Positions 1-10,009 of a stretch of DNA of 64,000 nt are shown here, one piece after another. Made by a program: the position numbers and the translations under genes. The stretch's first letter is position 1. Each line of letters begins with the position of its first letter. The notes below the pieces were generated by a model, which saw nothing but the letters and a program-made list of their open reading frames with translations, ran no database searches and was not told the origin of the DNA. Source of the stretch: a bacterium (GTDB lineage: Bacteria > Actinomycetota > Acidimicrobiia > Spongiisociales > ZC4RG35); the NCBI GenBank assembly GCA_028819345.1, contig JAPPLW010000099.1, positions 3,061 to 67,060 of the forward strand, given 5' to 3'.

Positions 1-1003
1 CCCCCTTGGCGCGGGCGTCAAGGGCGCCCCGGAATATGAAGGGGAAACCCAGGACGTTGTTCACCTGATTCGGGAAGTCGCTCCTTCCGGTGCCCACGAA
101 CGCGTCCGGCCGAACCTGCTTCGCCAGCGGATACGGGATCTCGGGGTCAGGATTGGCCAGGGCGAAGATGATGGGCTGCGGCTTCATCCTCTCCAGCATC
201 TCCGGATGGACCAGGCCCGCCTGGGCGACGCCGATCAACACGTCGGCATCCACCAAAGCCTCGGCCAGCGTCCTGGCGTCGGTAGAGCGCGCGAACGCCT
301 GTTTATAGGGGTTGAGGTCGGTGCGAGACGAATGCAGCACTCCCCGGGAATCCACCATCAGCAACAACTCTGGATCGAAGCCCAGCCGGACCAGGAAGTG
401 ACCGGTGGCCACCCCGGCCGCGCCGGCGCCCAGAACCACCACCTTCATGTCCTCGAGGCGGCGTCCGCTGAGCTCGGCGGCGTTGATCAGTCCCGCTCCC
501 GCGATTATGGCGGTGCCGTGCTGATCGTCGTGGAACACCGGGATGTCCAACCGCTCTCGTAACGCCTCCTCTATGTAGAAGCAGTCGGGGGCGCGGATGT
601 CCTCCAGATTGATCCCCCCCACCGTGGGCGCCAGCAGTTCGCAGAATCGGATGAGATCCTCAGGATCCTCCGAGTCGACCTCCAGGTCGTAGACGTCGAT
701 GTCGGCGAACCTTTTGAAGAGGACCGCCTTCCCCTCCATGACCGGCTTCGCGGCCAGTCCCCCGATGTTGCCCAGCCCCAGCACAGCGGTGCCGTTGGTC
801 ACCACCGCCACCAGGTTCCCCCGGTTCGTGTACTGGAACGCTTCGCCGGGGCTCTCGTGTATCACCAGGCAGGGCTCCGCCACTCCCGGGGTGTAGGCGA
901 GACTCAGATCGGCCTGGGTAAGGGTGGACTTAGTCGCCCTTATCTCTACCTTGCCGGGCCGGGGATGGGAGTGATAGTGGAGAGCTTCGCTGAACTGGGC
1001 CAT
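1..1003 (-). CDS. NAD(P)-dependent malic enzyme (3' part cut by window edge)
   Basis: Absent from the ORF track because it runs off the left edge. Reverse-strand translation from ATG 1003-1001 gives [52 protein letters not shown]...[38 protein letters not shown]...[12 protein letters not shown]. This is the malic-enzyme N-terminal domain plus a Rossmann NAD(P) motif. Confidence 0.85.
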   Translation of the reverse strand, partial: MAQFSEALHYHSHPRPGKVEIRATKSTLTQADLSLAYTPGVAEPCLVIHESPGEAFQYTNRGNLVAVVTNGTAVLGLGNIGGLAAKPVMEGKAVLFKRFADIDVYDLEVDSEDPEDLIRFCELLAPTVGGINLEDIRAPDCFYIEEALRERLDIPVFHDDQHGTAIIAGAGLINAAELSGRRLEDMKVVVLGAGAAGVATGHFLVRLGFDPELLLMVDSRGVLHSSRTDLNPYKQAFARSTDARTLAEALVDADVLIGVAQAGLVHPEMLERMKPQPIIFALANPDPEIPYPLAKQVRPDAFVGTGRSDFPNQVNNVLGFPFIFRGALDARAKG

Positions 1004-1028
1004 GAGGGACTCCCGGACAGGAGACCTA

Positions 1029-2609
1029 CTACAGGTCCTGGTAGGCAGGCAGGGTCAAGAACTCCACGAATTCGTCCTCCAGGGCCACTTGGGAGAAGAT
1101 CTCCCAGGCGCGTTCGAACCGGCCTGCGCGGTAGTCCCCGTCGCCGACCTGGGCCCGGATCCGGGCCAACTCCTCGGTGGCTACCTCCCGCACCATCGAT
1201 GCGGTTACGGGAGCCCCAGTGTCCAGCCGGGCGCCATGCCGCACCCACTGCCAGATCTGGGACCGGGAGATCTCGGCTGTGGCGGCGTCTTCCATCAGAT
1301 TGTCTATCGCCGCCGCGCCTGTGCCGGTCAACCAGGAAGCCATGTAGCGAATGCCGACCGACACGTTGGTCCTCACCCCGCCCTCGGTTATGGCGCCGCC
1401 GTCGACTTCGGGGTTGAGCAGGTCCTGTGCGGTCACGGCAACATCATCCCGCTGTCGGCCGAGCTGATTGGGACGGTCCCCCAGGACACGGTCGAATTCA
1501 GCCATTGCAACCGGTATCAGGTCGGGATGGGCCACCCAGGTGCCGTCGCAGCCGGCCTCGGCTTCCCGCCGCTTGTCGGCCGCCACCGCAGCCAGGGCCC
1601 GTTCGGTCACCTCGGGGTCGCGACGGTTGGGGATGAAGGCCGCCATGCCTCCCATGGCATGCGCCCCCCGACGATGGCAGGTGGCCACCCCCAACTCGGT
1701 GTAGGCGTGCATGAATGGAGCGGTCATGGTCACCTGGGACCGGTCCGGCAACATGTAACCAGGATGGTTGCGGAACTTCTTGATAAAGCTGAATATGTAA
1801 TCCCACCGACCCGCATTCAGGCCCGACGAGTGATTGCGGAGTTCATAGAGGATTTCCTCCATCTCGAAAGCGGCCGTGATGGTCTCGATCAGCACCGTGG
1901 CCTTGACCGTCCCGATGGGAATGGCCAGACGCTCGGAGACGTAGCAGATCACATCGTTCCACAGTCGGGCCTCGAGATGGGACTCCAGTTTGGGCAGGTA
2001 GAAGAATGGCCCCGATCCGGCCTCCAGAGCCGCCCGTCCGCCGTGAAACATGTAGAGGGCGAAGTCGAAGAGGGCGCCCGAGACTGGCAGGCCGTCCACC
2101 AGGAAGTGCTTCTCGGGAAGATGCCACCCTCGAGGTCGCACCAGAAGCGTGGCCGTCTCCTCTCGGAGTCGGTAGGACTTGCGGGGCGTGTCCAGTTGGA
2201 GGGTGCGAAGTTGCGCTCCCAACAGGTTGTGTTGTCCCTCCACGAGATTCTCCCAAGTGGGGGACGTGGCGTCCTCAAAGTCGGCCATGAACATCTTGGC
2301 CCCCGAGTTGAGGGCGTTGATCACCATCCGGGCATCCACGGGACCGGTGATCTCCACCCTGCGATCCGCCAGCGCCGGGGGCACCGGATCCACTTTCCAG
2401 TCTCCTTCCCGGATCGGGCGGGTCTCGGCTAGAAAGTCGGGGAGCACCCCCCGATCGAACTCCCTCTGCCGCTCCACCCGCCTCTCCAGGAGGTCCCGGC
2501 GACGGGAATCGAACTCCCGGTGAAGATCGGCGAGGAGTGAAGCGGCTTCAGGGGTGAGGATTTCGGCGGAGTGGGGTGTGGCGTTTCCGGCTATTTCGTA
2601 ATTCATCAT
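1029..2609 (-). CDS. aceB: malate synthase A
   Basis: 526-aa ORF. VEITGPVDARMVINALNSGAKMFMADFEDATSPTWENLVEGQ and the overall length are typical of malate synthase A. It starts 9 nt downstream of the preceding E2 gene. Confidence 0.9.
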   Translation of the reverse strand: MMNYEIAGNATPHSAEILTPEAASLLADLHREFDSRRRDLLERRVERQREFDRGVLPDFLAETRPIREGDWKVDPVPPALADRRVEITGPVDARMVINALNSGAKMFMADFEDATSPTWENLVEGQHNLLGAQLRTLQLDTPRKSYRLREETATLLVRPRGWHLPEKHFLVDGLPVSGALFDFALYMFHGGRAALEAGSGPFFYLPKLESHLEARLWNDVICYVSERLAIPIGTVKATVLIETITAAFEMEEILYELRNHSSGLNAGRWDYIFSFIKKFRNHPGYMLPDRSQVTMTAPFMHAYTELGVATCHRRGAHAMGGMAAFIPNRRDPEVTERALAAVAADKRREAEAGCDGTWVAHPDLIPVAMAEFDRVLGDRPNQLGRQRDDVAVTAQDLLNPEVDGGAITEGGVRTNVSVGIRYMASWLTGTGAAAIDNLMEDAATAEISRSQIWQWVRHGARLDTGAPVTASMVREVATEELARIRAQVGDGDYRAGRFERAWEIFSQVALEDEFVEFLTLPAYQDL

Positions 2610-2618
2610 GACTTGGAC

Positions 2619-3827
2619 TTAGGGTAGGAAAAGAGTCGGCTCACAAAGATTCGCGATTACGACATCCATGAAGCGACGGCTCAGAGCCCCGTCTATCACC
2701 CGGTGATCGAAGGAGAGCGAGAGTGGCATCATCGGCCTCACCACCACCATCCCGTCCTCGGCCACCGGGGCATCGGCTACCCTGCCCACAGCCAGGACGG
2801 CGGTGTTCCCGGGAGGGATGATGGGAGTGCCGAATCCTCCTCCCAAGGCGCCGATGTTGGTGACGGTGAAGGTCTGCCCGGTCAGTTCCTCCAAGCCGAG
2901 GGTGCGGGACTTCCCTCCCTCCGCCAGACGCTTGGTTGCCTCGGCGATCTGTCCGACCGACATCTCCCCGGCGTCGCGCAGCACACCAACCAGCAGGCCG
3001 TCGGGGGCGTTGATGGCCACCCCGATGTGGTAACCCTTGTGAACCAGGAGGTAATCGCCCTCCAGGGTGGCGTTGAACTCGGGGAAACGACGCAGCGCGG
3101 GGATCGTCGCCCCAATGACCAGGGCGTCGAACGAGACATCGGTGCTGTTACTGTCCGACAACGACCTTCGCGCCGCTACCAACTGGGTGACGTCCACCTG
3201 ATCGAAGGCGGTGACATGGGGGATCTCCGACCAAGCCCTCGACATGTTGGCCGCGATGGTCTTCTGCAATCTGGTGAGCGGTCGGCGTCGGACTACCCCG
3301 GTGGCGGACGCCGCTTCCCGAGGGGGATCCGCTCCCCCGGCCGCGGCAATTACATCCTGTCGGGTTATCCGGCCGCCGGGACCCGAGCCCCGAACGTCCC
3401 CGAGGTCCACCCCATGCTGGCGGGCCAGACGGCGTACCACTGGCAACGCCTGCACCACCGGAGGCGCTCGGTGGGAGGGAGGCTCCTTGGTGGCCGCCGT
3501 TACCCGGGAGTCCGAACCGTCCCGGGAGTCCGGCGACCCGGAGGCGCGAGCGGGGGCCTCCTCGGGTGATCCGATCACGGCCAGCACGGCTCCCACCGCC
3601 ATCGTTTCCCCCTGCGCCGCGCCGTGGCGGAGCACGGTCCCCTCCACCGGGGAGGGGATGACCACCACTGCCTTGTCGGTCTCCACCTCCACCAGTGGCT
3701 CGTCCCTGCCAACCTGCGCGCCCTCGTCCACCAGCCAGCGCACCACCTCGGCCTCGGTCAGTCCGTCACCAATGTCGGGAAGGAGGAACTCGGTTGCCAC
3801 GGCCTCTGATTCTATCCGGCGACCCAC
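2619..3827 (-). CDS. 2-oxoacid dehydrogenase E2 component (dihydrolipoamide acyltransferase), single lipoyl domain
   Basis: Lipoyl domain (EFLLPDIGDGLTEAEV...VEVETDKAVV), Ala/Pro/Ser linker, E3-binding segment (VRRLARQHGVDLGDVRGSGPGGRITRQDV) and catalytic domain with DHRVIDG. The start is GTG; an alternative GTG at 3800 is possible. Confidence 0.85.
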   Translation of the reverse strand: MGRRIESEAVATEFLLPDIGDGLTEAEVVRWLVDEGAQVGRDEPLVEVETDKAVVVIPSPVEGTVLRHGAAQGETMAVGAVLAVIGSPEEAPARASGSPDSRDGSDSRVTAATKEPPSHRAPPVVQALPVVRRLARQHGVDLGDVRGSGPGGRITRQDVIAAAGGADPPREAASATGVVRRRPLTRLQKTIAANMSRAWSEIPHVTAFDQVDVTQLVAARRSLSDSNSTDVSFDALVIGATIPALRRFPEFNATLEGDYLLVHKGYHIGVAINAPDGLLVGVLRDAGEMSVGQIAEATKRLAEGGKSRTLGLEELTGQTFTVTNIGALGGGFGTPIIPPGNTAVLAVGRVADAPVAEDGMVVVRPMMPLSLSFDHRVIDGALSRRFMDVVIANLCEPTLFLP

Positions 3828-3859
3828 CCCCGCCTACCGGCGGTTCCGGTCAGGTCGGC

Positions 3860-5086
3860 CTAGACATGGACCCCCCGCAGGAGCTTGGCCAATAGCGCCA
3901 TGCGCACCAGCATGCCGTTCTCCATCTGCTGGAAATACACAGAGCGAGGGTCGGCGTCCAACAACTCGTGGTCGGCGGGCCCTCCCATCTCGTGCTTGCG
4001 GGGAAGGGGATGCATCAAGATGGCGTCCCGGCGGGCCCGGCCCATGACGGCGGGGGTCATGATGAAGCCTGCTTTGACCTCCTCGTAATCGCCTTGATCG
4101 GCGAACCGCTCCTCCTGGACCCGGGTCCAGTAGATCACGTCCGAGCGGCCCAGGACCTCCTCCAGGTCCGAAGTCTCCGAGACGGTTATGTCCGCTTCCT
4201 GGAGGCGCCGGACGATGGAGTCCGGCATGGTCAGGGAGGGGGGCGACACGAAATTGACCTTGGTCTGTCGGGCCCCGTAGGTGGCCAGCAGCTTGGCCAG
4301 GGAGTGAACAGTGCGGCCGTGTTTCAGATCCCCCACCATGGTGATGGCCAGCCCGTCCACCGTTCCCTTGGATTCCAGAATGGTGAAGAGGTCCAGGAGA
4401 GCCTGGGTGGGGTGCTCGCCCACCCCATCCCCGGCGCTGATGACCACCGGCCGCCGTCCGATCTTCTCAGCCAGCAGGTCCAGGTAGTGGGCCGCCATGT
4501 AGGAGGCGCCCACCTGGGGATGCCGAAGGGAGATCACGTCCGCGTAGCATCCCGCCGCCCTAACGGTGTCGGGCAGGTCCTCACCCTTGTACACCGAGGA
4601 GAACTGGATGCCGTTGGATGCTCCGATCACCTTGCCTCCCAACCGGAGCATGGCCGCCTGGAAAGACATGTCGGTCCGAGTGCTGGCCTCGAAGAAGAGC
4701 AGAGCAAGAACCTGACCGGTGGCGATCTCCACCACCCCCCGGTCACCCGACCGGATCCGCTTCTTCAAGGTTGCCGCCGCCTCGAAGAGGATCTTGAGGT
4801 CCTCCCTGCCGAATTGCTCGACGGTTACGATGTGCTTTCCGCGGAAATCCCCATCGATGGCGGGGGGACGGTATGAATCCGCGAAACCCGCCGGGTCGAT
4901 CTCCACGTACCCGTTCTCGTTGTAACTCGCCTCATCCGGATCGTCGCGCCCCGTCTCGGAGGGATGATGATGGGCAGCCTCCGGATCCGCGTGCTCCGCG
5001 GGTCGAAGATGAAGGTCCTCGGCGGTTTCGTCCTGGTGGGCGCCGGCGAACAACCGCCTCTGGGAACTGGCGAGCATGGCAGTCAC
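3860..5086 (-). CDS. pyrB: aspartate carbamoyltransferase catalytic chain with ~85-aa acidic/His-rich N-terminal extension
   Basis: Motifs FFEASTRT, HPTQALLD, GDLKHGRTVHS, WTRVQEERF and MHPLPR are all present. GTG 5086 is preceded by GGGGGAGGGGGAG about 11 nt upstream. An alternative GTG at 4906 would remove most of the extension. Confidence 0.8.
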   Translation of the reverse strand: MTAMLASSQRRLFAGAHQDETAEDLHLRPAEHADPEAAHHHPSETGRDDPDEASYNENGYVEIDPAGFADSYRPPAIDGDFRGKHIVTVEQFGREDLKILFEAAATLKKRIRSGDRGVVEIATGQVLALLFFEASTRTDMSFQAAMLRLGGKVIGASNGIQFSSVYKGEDLPDTVRAAGCYADVISLRHPQVGASYMAAHYLDLLAEKIGRRPVVISAGDGVGEHPTQALLDLFTILESKGTVDGLAITMVGDLKHGRTVHSLAKLLATYGARQTKVNFVSPPSLTMPDSIVRRLQEADITVSETSDLEEVLGRSDVIYWTRVQEERFADQGDYEEVKAGFIMTPAVMGRARRDAILMHPLPRKHEMGGPADHELLDADPRSVYFQQMENGMLVRMALLAKLLRGVHV

Positions 5087-5357
5087 TGTGGTAGGCGCTC
5101 CCCCTCCCCCGTCGTGGGAAGGGCCTTAAAGAAAAGCCCGGGAACCGTGGCTCGGCGGGCAGGTCTGACTGGTGGGCGGTTCCTCAAGTTATCTCTCTAG
5201 GTTATCACCCCCGAGGCGAGGAGGTGAAGCATCCCCTTACATCCGACGACGCCGTCGGAATCGGGGAAATTCGCTATAGGCACGGAATCCCCATAGGCTC
5301 CCGCAGGTAGGCAACCACCTGACTCCGGCATGACGCCCGGAAGGGAGCAGAGACCCA

Positions 5358-7958
5358 GTGAAAACCGTCCTCAGAGGGTTCCAGTTCATAGTGTCGAAGG
5401 CGCCCTGGGCGGTGGTGCTGGTCACTCTGGCCCTGTTCGGGGTCTTCTTCCAACTGTCCGGGCAGATCGTGATAGGGCAGGGCAACGAAGGCCTGTCGCC
5501 TGACAACCCGGAGTTGCTGGCCTCCGACAGGATCAGCGGCTTGTTCAGTGATGACGAAACCCAGGAAAGCGTCCTCCAAGTGATCGTCAGGAGAGAAGGC
5601 GGCGATGTCTTCACCAGGGAAGCCTTCGAGGTGGTCCGGGAAATCAACTCCGTCCTGGGAAGCGAGGCTCTTTCCGACAACCTTTCCTTCGCGCCCGGGA
5701 GGGGAGCCTCGTTCAGCTACCTCGACCCGGTGTTTGCCGTGGCGGCCAGGACGGGCGTCTCGGTAGTCGGCGACCAGGACGTGAAGGATCTCTACCTGGC
5801 GGCGATGGCCGGGCCGGAGGCGAACCCGCGGTCGGCGGCGCTGATCAGCCAGAATGGCGACCCGTCGGCGGCCACCGCGGAGGCGGGCCTGGTCCTGGTG
5901 TTCACCAAAGTGCCGGTTGGGGTGGAGGAAGAGGATCTCGATGAAGCCATAGACAACGACTCGGAGGTGGCCAGGGCGCTGCGCGCCATACCGACCCCCG
6001 ATGGCCTGGAAGTCATTCCCTTCAGCTTCAACTTATTGTTCGAGGACTCCGGAGATGCCGGAACCGAGATCGGACGGCTGTTCGGGATGGCCGCGCTGAT
6101 CATTCTGATCATTCTCTGCTTCGTCTACTGGCTCAAACCGGCCGGGAGGGGCGCCCTGGTCCAATCGGGTCGCCGGACCCTGGCCGACACCCTCCTGACC
6201 CTCTTCACCATCTCCGCCGCAATCACGTTCATGCAGGGCATCGGGGTGCTGCTGGAAAGGGTCGGGCTGATCGCCTCCTTCAACAACATCACCCAGATCA
6301 TTCCCATCCTCCTGATCGGATTGGGCGTGGACTACGGGATCCACATCACCTCCCGCTATCGCGAGGAGGTGGGCCGCGGTCAGGACGTGGACGGCGCGAT
6401 CCGCACCGCCATCGGCACCGTCGGGATAGCCCTGGCGCTGGCCACCCTGACCACCGCCATAGGCTTCCTCACCAACGTCCTGAGCCCGGTGCCTGCATTG
6501 AAGGACTTCGGGGTGCTGGCGGCGATCGGAATTGCGGTTTCCTTCATCCTGACTCTCACCTTCTTCCCCGCCGCCCGGACACTCATGGATCGGAGAACCG
6601 AAAGAGGGGGAAGGTTCTCCTGGGGGCTCCTGCGGGTGCTGATCCTGGCCAGGAGGGTGGACCGCCAACTCGAAGCCAAGAGTTCCATGCCGGTGGCGGG
6701 CATGAAGGCTTCGTCGGACCGCTTGCTTCCCCGCCTGATAGCCGGCACCTCGGTGCTGGCGGAGAGGGTCCCGGTCCTGGTGGTGCTGGTGGCACTGTTC
6801 CTGGGAGGAATGGGAATGTGGGGCTTGAACCAGCTGGAGGTGAGGTTTTCCTTCACCGACTTCCTGCCCAGCGACGCCCCCGGCGTCCGGGCGCTGGAAA
6901 TCCTCCAGGAGGAATTCGGAGGAGGTCTGGGCGAATCGACCCAGGTCCTGATCGAGGGTGAGGGCCTTTCCTCTCCAGAGGTGCACAACGCCCTGGTCTC
7001 AGCCGGGAGGGGACTGGCGGAGGTGGAGAACGTGGTCGTGTTCGAGACGCCCCTCGGGAAGGTCGCATCGGCCAACTCTCCGATCGCGGTGCTCAACGCC
7101 CTGAGCAACGGCGGTCCCCAGGGTCCGCCCAACGAGTCTGTCGCGTCCGCCGCCCGGGCTGCCGACCTGGGCATGGACATGCGGGTACCTCCCGGCGCCG
7201 ACGTAACCGCACTGTGGGACACCATGTTGGCTTCGGCGCCCAGGCAGGTCGGAGGCGTCCTCCACCGGGGAGACTCCGGCTACGACGCCTTGCTGTTCGA
7301 GATCAGCACCCAAGCCGCGGAGACCGGAGCGCTGCAGCTACGGGAGGACCTCTTGGAGAACTTCTCGGAGCTTTCCGACGCGGGGATAAGCGTGATCGCG
7401 ACTTCCACCGAGATCATCACCAATCTGATCATCGTGGAGTTGGCCGACTCGCAGACCAGATCGCTGCTCTTCACCCTGGTGGTCGCCACGTTGGTGATGA
7501 TGATGAGCTTCTGGGTGGAGAACCGCCGACCGTTCTTCGGGGTGATCACCATGATCCCCGTGGCCCTGGTGGTGTTCTGGACCTATGGACTGATGTTCGC
7601 CACCGGCATTCCCATCGGACCGGTGACCGCCACCCTATCGGCTCTCTCGATAGGGATAGGGGTACCCTACACGATCCACATCGCTCGGCGATTCGGGGAG
7701 GACCGGGAGCGCTTCGAGCGACTCGACGACGCGTTGCGGTCGACGTCTCGCCACACGGGCGGGGCGTTGGCGGGGTCCGCGTTCACCACCATGGCCGGGT
7801 TCGGGGTCCTAATCACTTCCAGGCTCACGCCCTTCCAGCAAATGGGCCAGGTCACCGTTTACGCGGTCGGCCTCTCCCTGGTGGCGGCGATACTGGTGCT
7901 GCCCTCCATGCTGGCGCTGTGGGAGAGATGGCACCGACGGCGGTCGGCGACGAGCTAG
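5358..7958 (+). CDS. MMPL/RND-superfamily membrane transporter
   Basis: 866 aa with two blocks of transmembrane helices separated by large soluble loops. GLGVDYGIHITSRYREE and GIGVPYTIHIARRFGED are typical MMPL signatures. The GTG start has GGAAGGGAG upstream. Confidence 0.85.
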   Translation: MKTVLRGFQFIVSKAPWAVVLVTLALFGVFFQLSGQIVIGQGNEGLSPDNPELLASDRISGLFSDDETQESVLQVIVRREGGDVFTREAFEVVREINSVLGSEALSDNLSFAPGRGASFSYLDPVFAVAARTGVSVVGDQDVKDLYLAAMAGPEANPRSAALISQNGDPSAATAEAGLVLVFTKVPVGVEEEDLDEAIDNDSEVARALRAIPTPDGLEVIPFSFNLLFEDSGDAGTEIGRLFGMAALIILIILCFVYWLKPAGRGALVQSGRRTLADTLLTLFTISAAITFMQGIGVLLERVGLIASFNNITQIIPILLIGLGVDYGIHITSRYREEVGRGQDVDGAIRTAIGTVGIALALATLTTAIGFLTNVLSPVPALKDFGVLAAIGIAVSFILTLTFFPAARTLMDRRTERGGRFSWGLLRVLILARRVDRQLEAKSSMPVAGMKASSDRLLPRLIAGTSVLAERVPVLVVLVALFLGGMGMWGLNQLEVRFSFTDFLPSDAPGVRALEILQEEFGGGLGESTQVLIEGEGLSSPEVHNALVSAGRGLAEVENVVVFETPLGKVASANSPIAVLNALSNGGPQGPPNESVASAARAADLGMDMRVPPGADVTALWDTMLASAPRQVGGVLHRGDSGYDALLFEISTQAAETGALQLREDLLENFSELSDAGISVIATSTEIITNLIIVELADSQTRSLLFTLVVATLVMMMSFWVENRRPFFGVITMIPVALVVFWTYGLMFATGIPIGPVTATLSALSIGIGVPYTIHIARRFGEDRERFERLDDALRSTSRHTGGALAGSAFTTMAGFGVLITSRLTPFQQMGQVTVYAVGLSLVAAILVLPSMLALWERWHRRRSATS

Positions 7959-8044
7959 GACAGGCTAGGACGCCGCGGAAAGGGCTCTCTGACACCGTCG
8001 GAAGGGTCAGTCCGTGTGAGAGTCAGGGTAGAGCTCCCGTCGGA

Positions 8045-9412
8045 TCACGTTACCAGAAGGCGGGCAAGCCGTCGGTGGCGTTCTAGGTGAGAACCCAACT
8101 CCATGTGAGCCAACTGGCCGTCCACCACCACGCTACGACCCCCGACGATGAGGCGATCGACCTGATGGGGACCGGAGAGCACCAGACCGGCAACCGGATC
8201 GCGGGCGCCGGCCATGGATATCCCATCGGTGCGGAAGCAGGCCACGTCGGCGGTCTTGCCGGGCTCCAGGGACCCGATGTCGGCCCGGCCCAGCACTTCG
8301 GCGCCCCCTCGGGTGGCCACCCGCAGAGCCGACCTGGCGGTAAGCATGGGCTCATCCGAGCGTTCCATAGCGCGGGCCATGCGGGCGGCCAGGAGAGCCT
8401 GCCGAGCCTCGGCCAGCAGGTGAGACGAGTCGTTGGAGGCCGATCCGTCGACTCCCAGGCCCACGGGCACTCCACTCTCGAGAAACCCAGTCAGGGGCGC
8501 CACACCGGACGCGAGACGCATGTTCGAGGTCGGGCAATGGCCTACCCCGGTCCTGGTGGCGGCCATTTTGGCGATGTCGGCTCCGGAGACATGGACCGCA
8601 TGCGCGAACCAGACATCGTCGTCCAGCCAGTCCACCTGTTCGGCGAAGTCCACCGGTCGCACCCCGAACAGTTCCTGGCAATACCGTTCCTCGTCAAGAG
8701 TTTCGGCCAGATGCGTGTGGAGTCTCACCCCCAAGGAGCGGGCCAGCGCGGCGGACTGGCGCATCAGGTCAGGGCTGACCGTGAACGGTGAGCACGGAGC
8801 GATCACTATGCGGGTCATGGCGCCCGGGGAAGGATCGTGATACCGGGACACCACCCGCTCACAGTCCGCCAAGATGGCGTCCTCGCTCTCAACCCACTCA
8901 TCGGGAGGGAGGCCACCCTGGGAACGACCCACGCTCATCGACCCCCGGGAGATGTGGAACCGGATTCCCACCTCCTGGGACGATTCCGCCTGGTCATCCA
9001 GTGTCGAGCCGTTGGGCCAGAAGTAATGGTGATCGAATGCGGTCGTGCATCCCGACAGGGCCAGTTCCGCAAGGGCGGTGATGGTAGACGCCCTGACGTG
9101 ATCAGGCGTCACCCGGGACCACACCGGATACAGTTCCACCAGCCAATCGAACAACTCCGAATCCTGGGCCATCGCACGGGTGAGGGTCTGGAAGAAGTGG
9201 TGATGAGTGTTGACCAACCCGGGAATCACCACCGACCCGCGGCATTCGATCACCTGATCGGCGGTGTCGGGAAGATCGGATGTCGGGCCCACTTGCTCGA
9301 TCCAACCATCCCGGGCAAACAGTCCCCCATCGGCGATCTCGGTTCCGCCGTCATCCATCGTCACCAGCACGTCGGCGTTGCGGAGCAAGAGTGTTCTCGA
9401 TGAAGACATCAA
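8045..9412 (-). CDS. TRZ/ATZ-family amidohydrolase (8-oxoguanine/guanine deaminase-like)
   Basis: 455 aa. LLLRNADVLVTMDD...VVIPGLVNTHHHFFQTLTR metal-binding HxH motif, later HLAE and GVDGSASND motifs. Confidence 0.75.
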   Translation of the reverse strand: MMSSSRTLLLRNADVLVTMDDGGTEIADGGLFARDGWIEQVGPTSDLPDTADQVIECRGSVVIPGLVNTHHHFFQTLTRAMAQDSELFDWLVELYPVWSRVTPDHVRASTITALAELALSGCTTAFDHHYFWPNGSTLDDQAESSQEVGIRFHISRGSMSVGRSQGGLPPDEWVESEDAILADCERVVSRYHDPSPGAMTRIVIAPCSPFTVSPDLMRQSAALARSLGVRLHTHLAETLDEERYCQELFGVRPVDFAEQVDWLDDDVWFAHAVHVSGADIAKMAATRTGVGHCPTSNMRLASGVAPLTGFLESGVPVGLGVDGSASNDSSHLLAEARQALLAARMARAMERSDEPMLTARSALRVATRGGAEVLGRADIGSLEPGKTADVACFRTDGISMAGARDPVAGLVLSGPHQVDRLIVGGRSVVVDGQLAHMELGSHLERHRRLARLLVT

Positions 9413-9440
9413 TCAACGGACCTGCCTTACCTGACGAGTA

Positions 9441-9995
9441 TCAGCCGCGGGAGAAATCCATTGCGGGAAGGCCGTCCAGACTGAGGGCGTTGTTTTCCTT
9501 CTGGTATTCCCACATGGCATTGGGCCCCTTCTTCTCCGCCCATGCGGGGAGATAGTCCCGATCAGAGATCATCTCCATCAAGGGCACGCCGCCCCCACAG
9601 GACGTGCCCACCTTCCGGATGTCGACCCTGATTATGGAGCGGGAACCGGGAATCTCGGGAAAGCTCTCGGCCAGGAGGGAGTGCTCCGGGGCCTCTGGGA
9701 AGAATGCTCTTCCCTCGCCCCAGATTCGTAGGATCCGTCGCGGCGGATCGAACCCGCAGAACATGACCACGATTCTCCCATTCTGACGAAGGTGGGCGAT
9801 GGTCTCGGCGCCGCTGCCCACCAGGTCCAGGTAGGCAACGGTGTGCGGGTCCACGATCCGGAAGGTGTCCAGACCCTTGGGGGAAAGGTTTACATGTCCA
9901 CCGTCGCCGGAGGGGGCGGTCGCCACGAAGAACATCGGCTGGGCTTCAATCCAGGAAGCCAGATGCCCGGGAATGCTGTCGTAGTAGGAGGCCAT
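9441..9995 (-). CDS. pyridoxamine 5'-phosphate oxidase-fold (FMN/F420-binding split barrel) family protein
   Basis: 184 aa. WIEAQPMFFVATAPSGDGGHVNLSPKGLDTFRIVDPHTVAYLDLVGSGAETIAHLRQNGRIVVMF resembles PNPOx-like family proteins. It starts 14 nt after the cofH stop. Confidence 0.7.
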   Translation of the reverse strand: MASYYDSIPGHLASWIEAQPMFFVATAPSGDGGHVNLSPKGLDTFRIVDPHTVAYLDLVGSGAETIAHLRQNGRIVVMFCGFDPPRRILRIWGEGRAFFPEAPEHSLLAESFPEIPGSRSIIRVDIRKVGTSCGGGVPLMEMISDRDYLPAWAEKKGPNAMWEYQKENNALSLDGLPAMDFSRG

Positions 9996-10009
9996 GGCGT
10001 CGGCCGGCC

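Noticed and set aside
1002-2432. 476-aa plus-strand ORF, plus several 70-140-aa ORFs, overlapping aceB
   Set aside because: It lies antisense to a well-conserved malate synthase gene. The product is Gly/Arg/Pro/His-rich with no recognisable motif. This is the typical open antisense frame of a high-GC genome.
5188-5202. PyrR-binding-loop-like CUAGAGAGAU in the pyrB leader
   Set aside because: It matches the remembered UCCAGAGAGG core at only about 7 of 10 positions, lacks an obvious enclosing stem, and no pyrR gene lies nearby.
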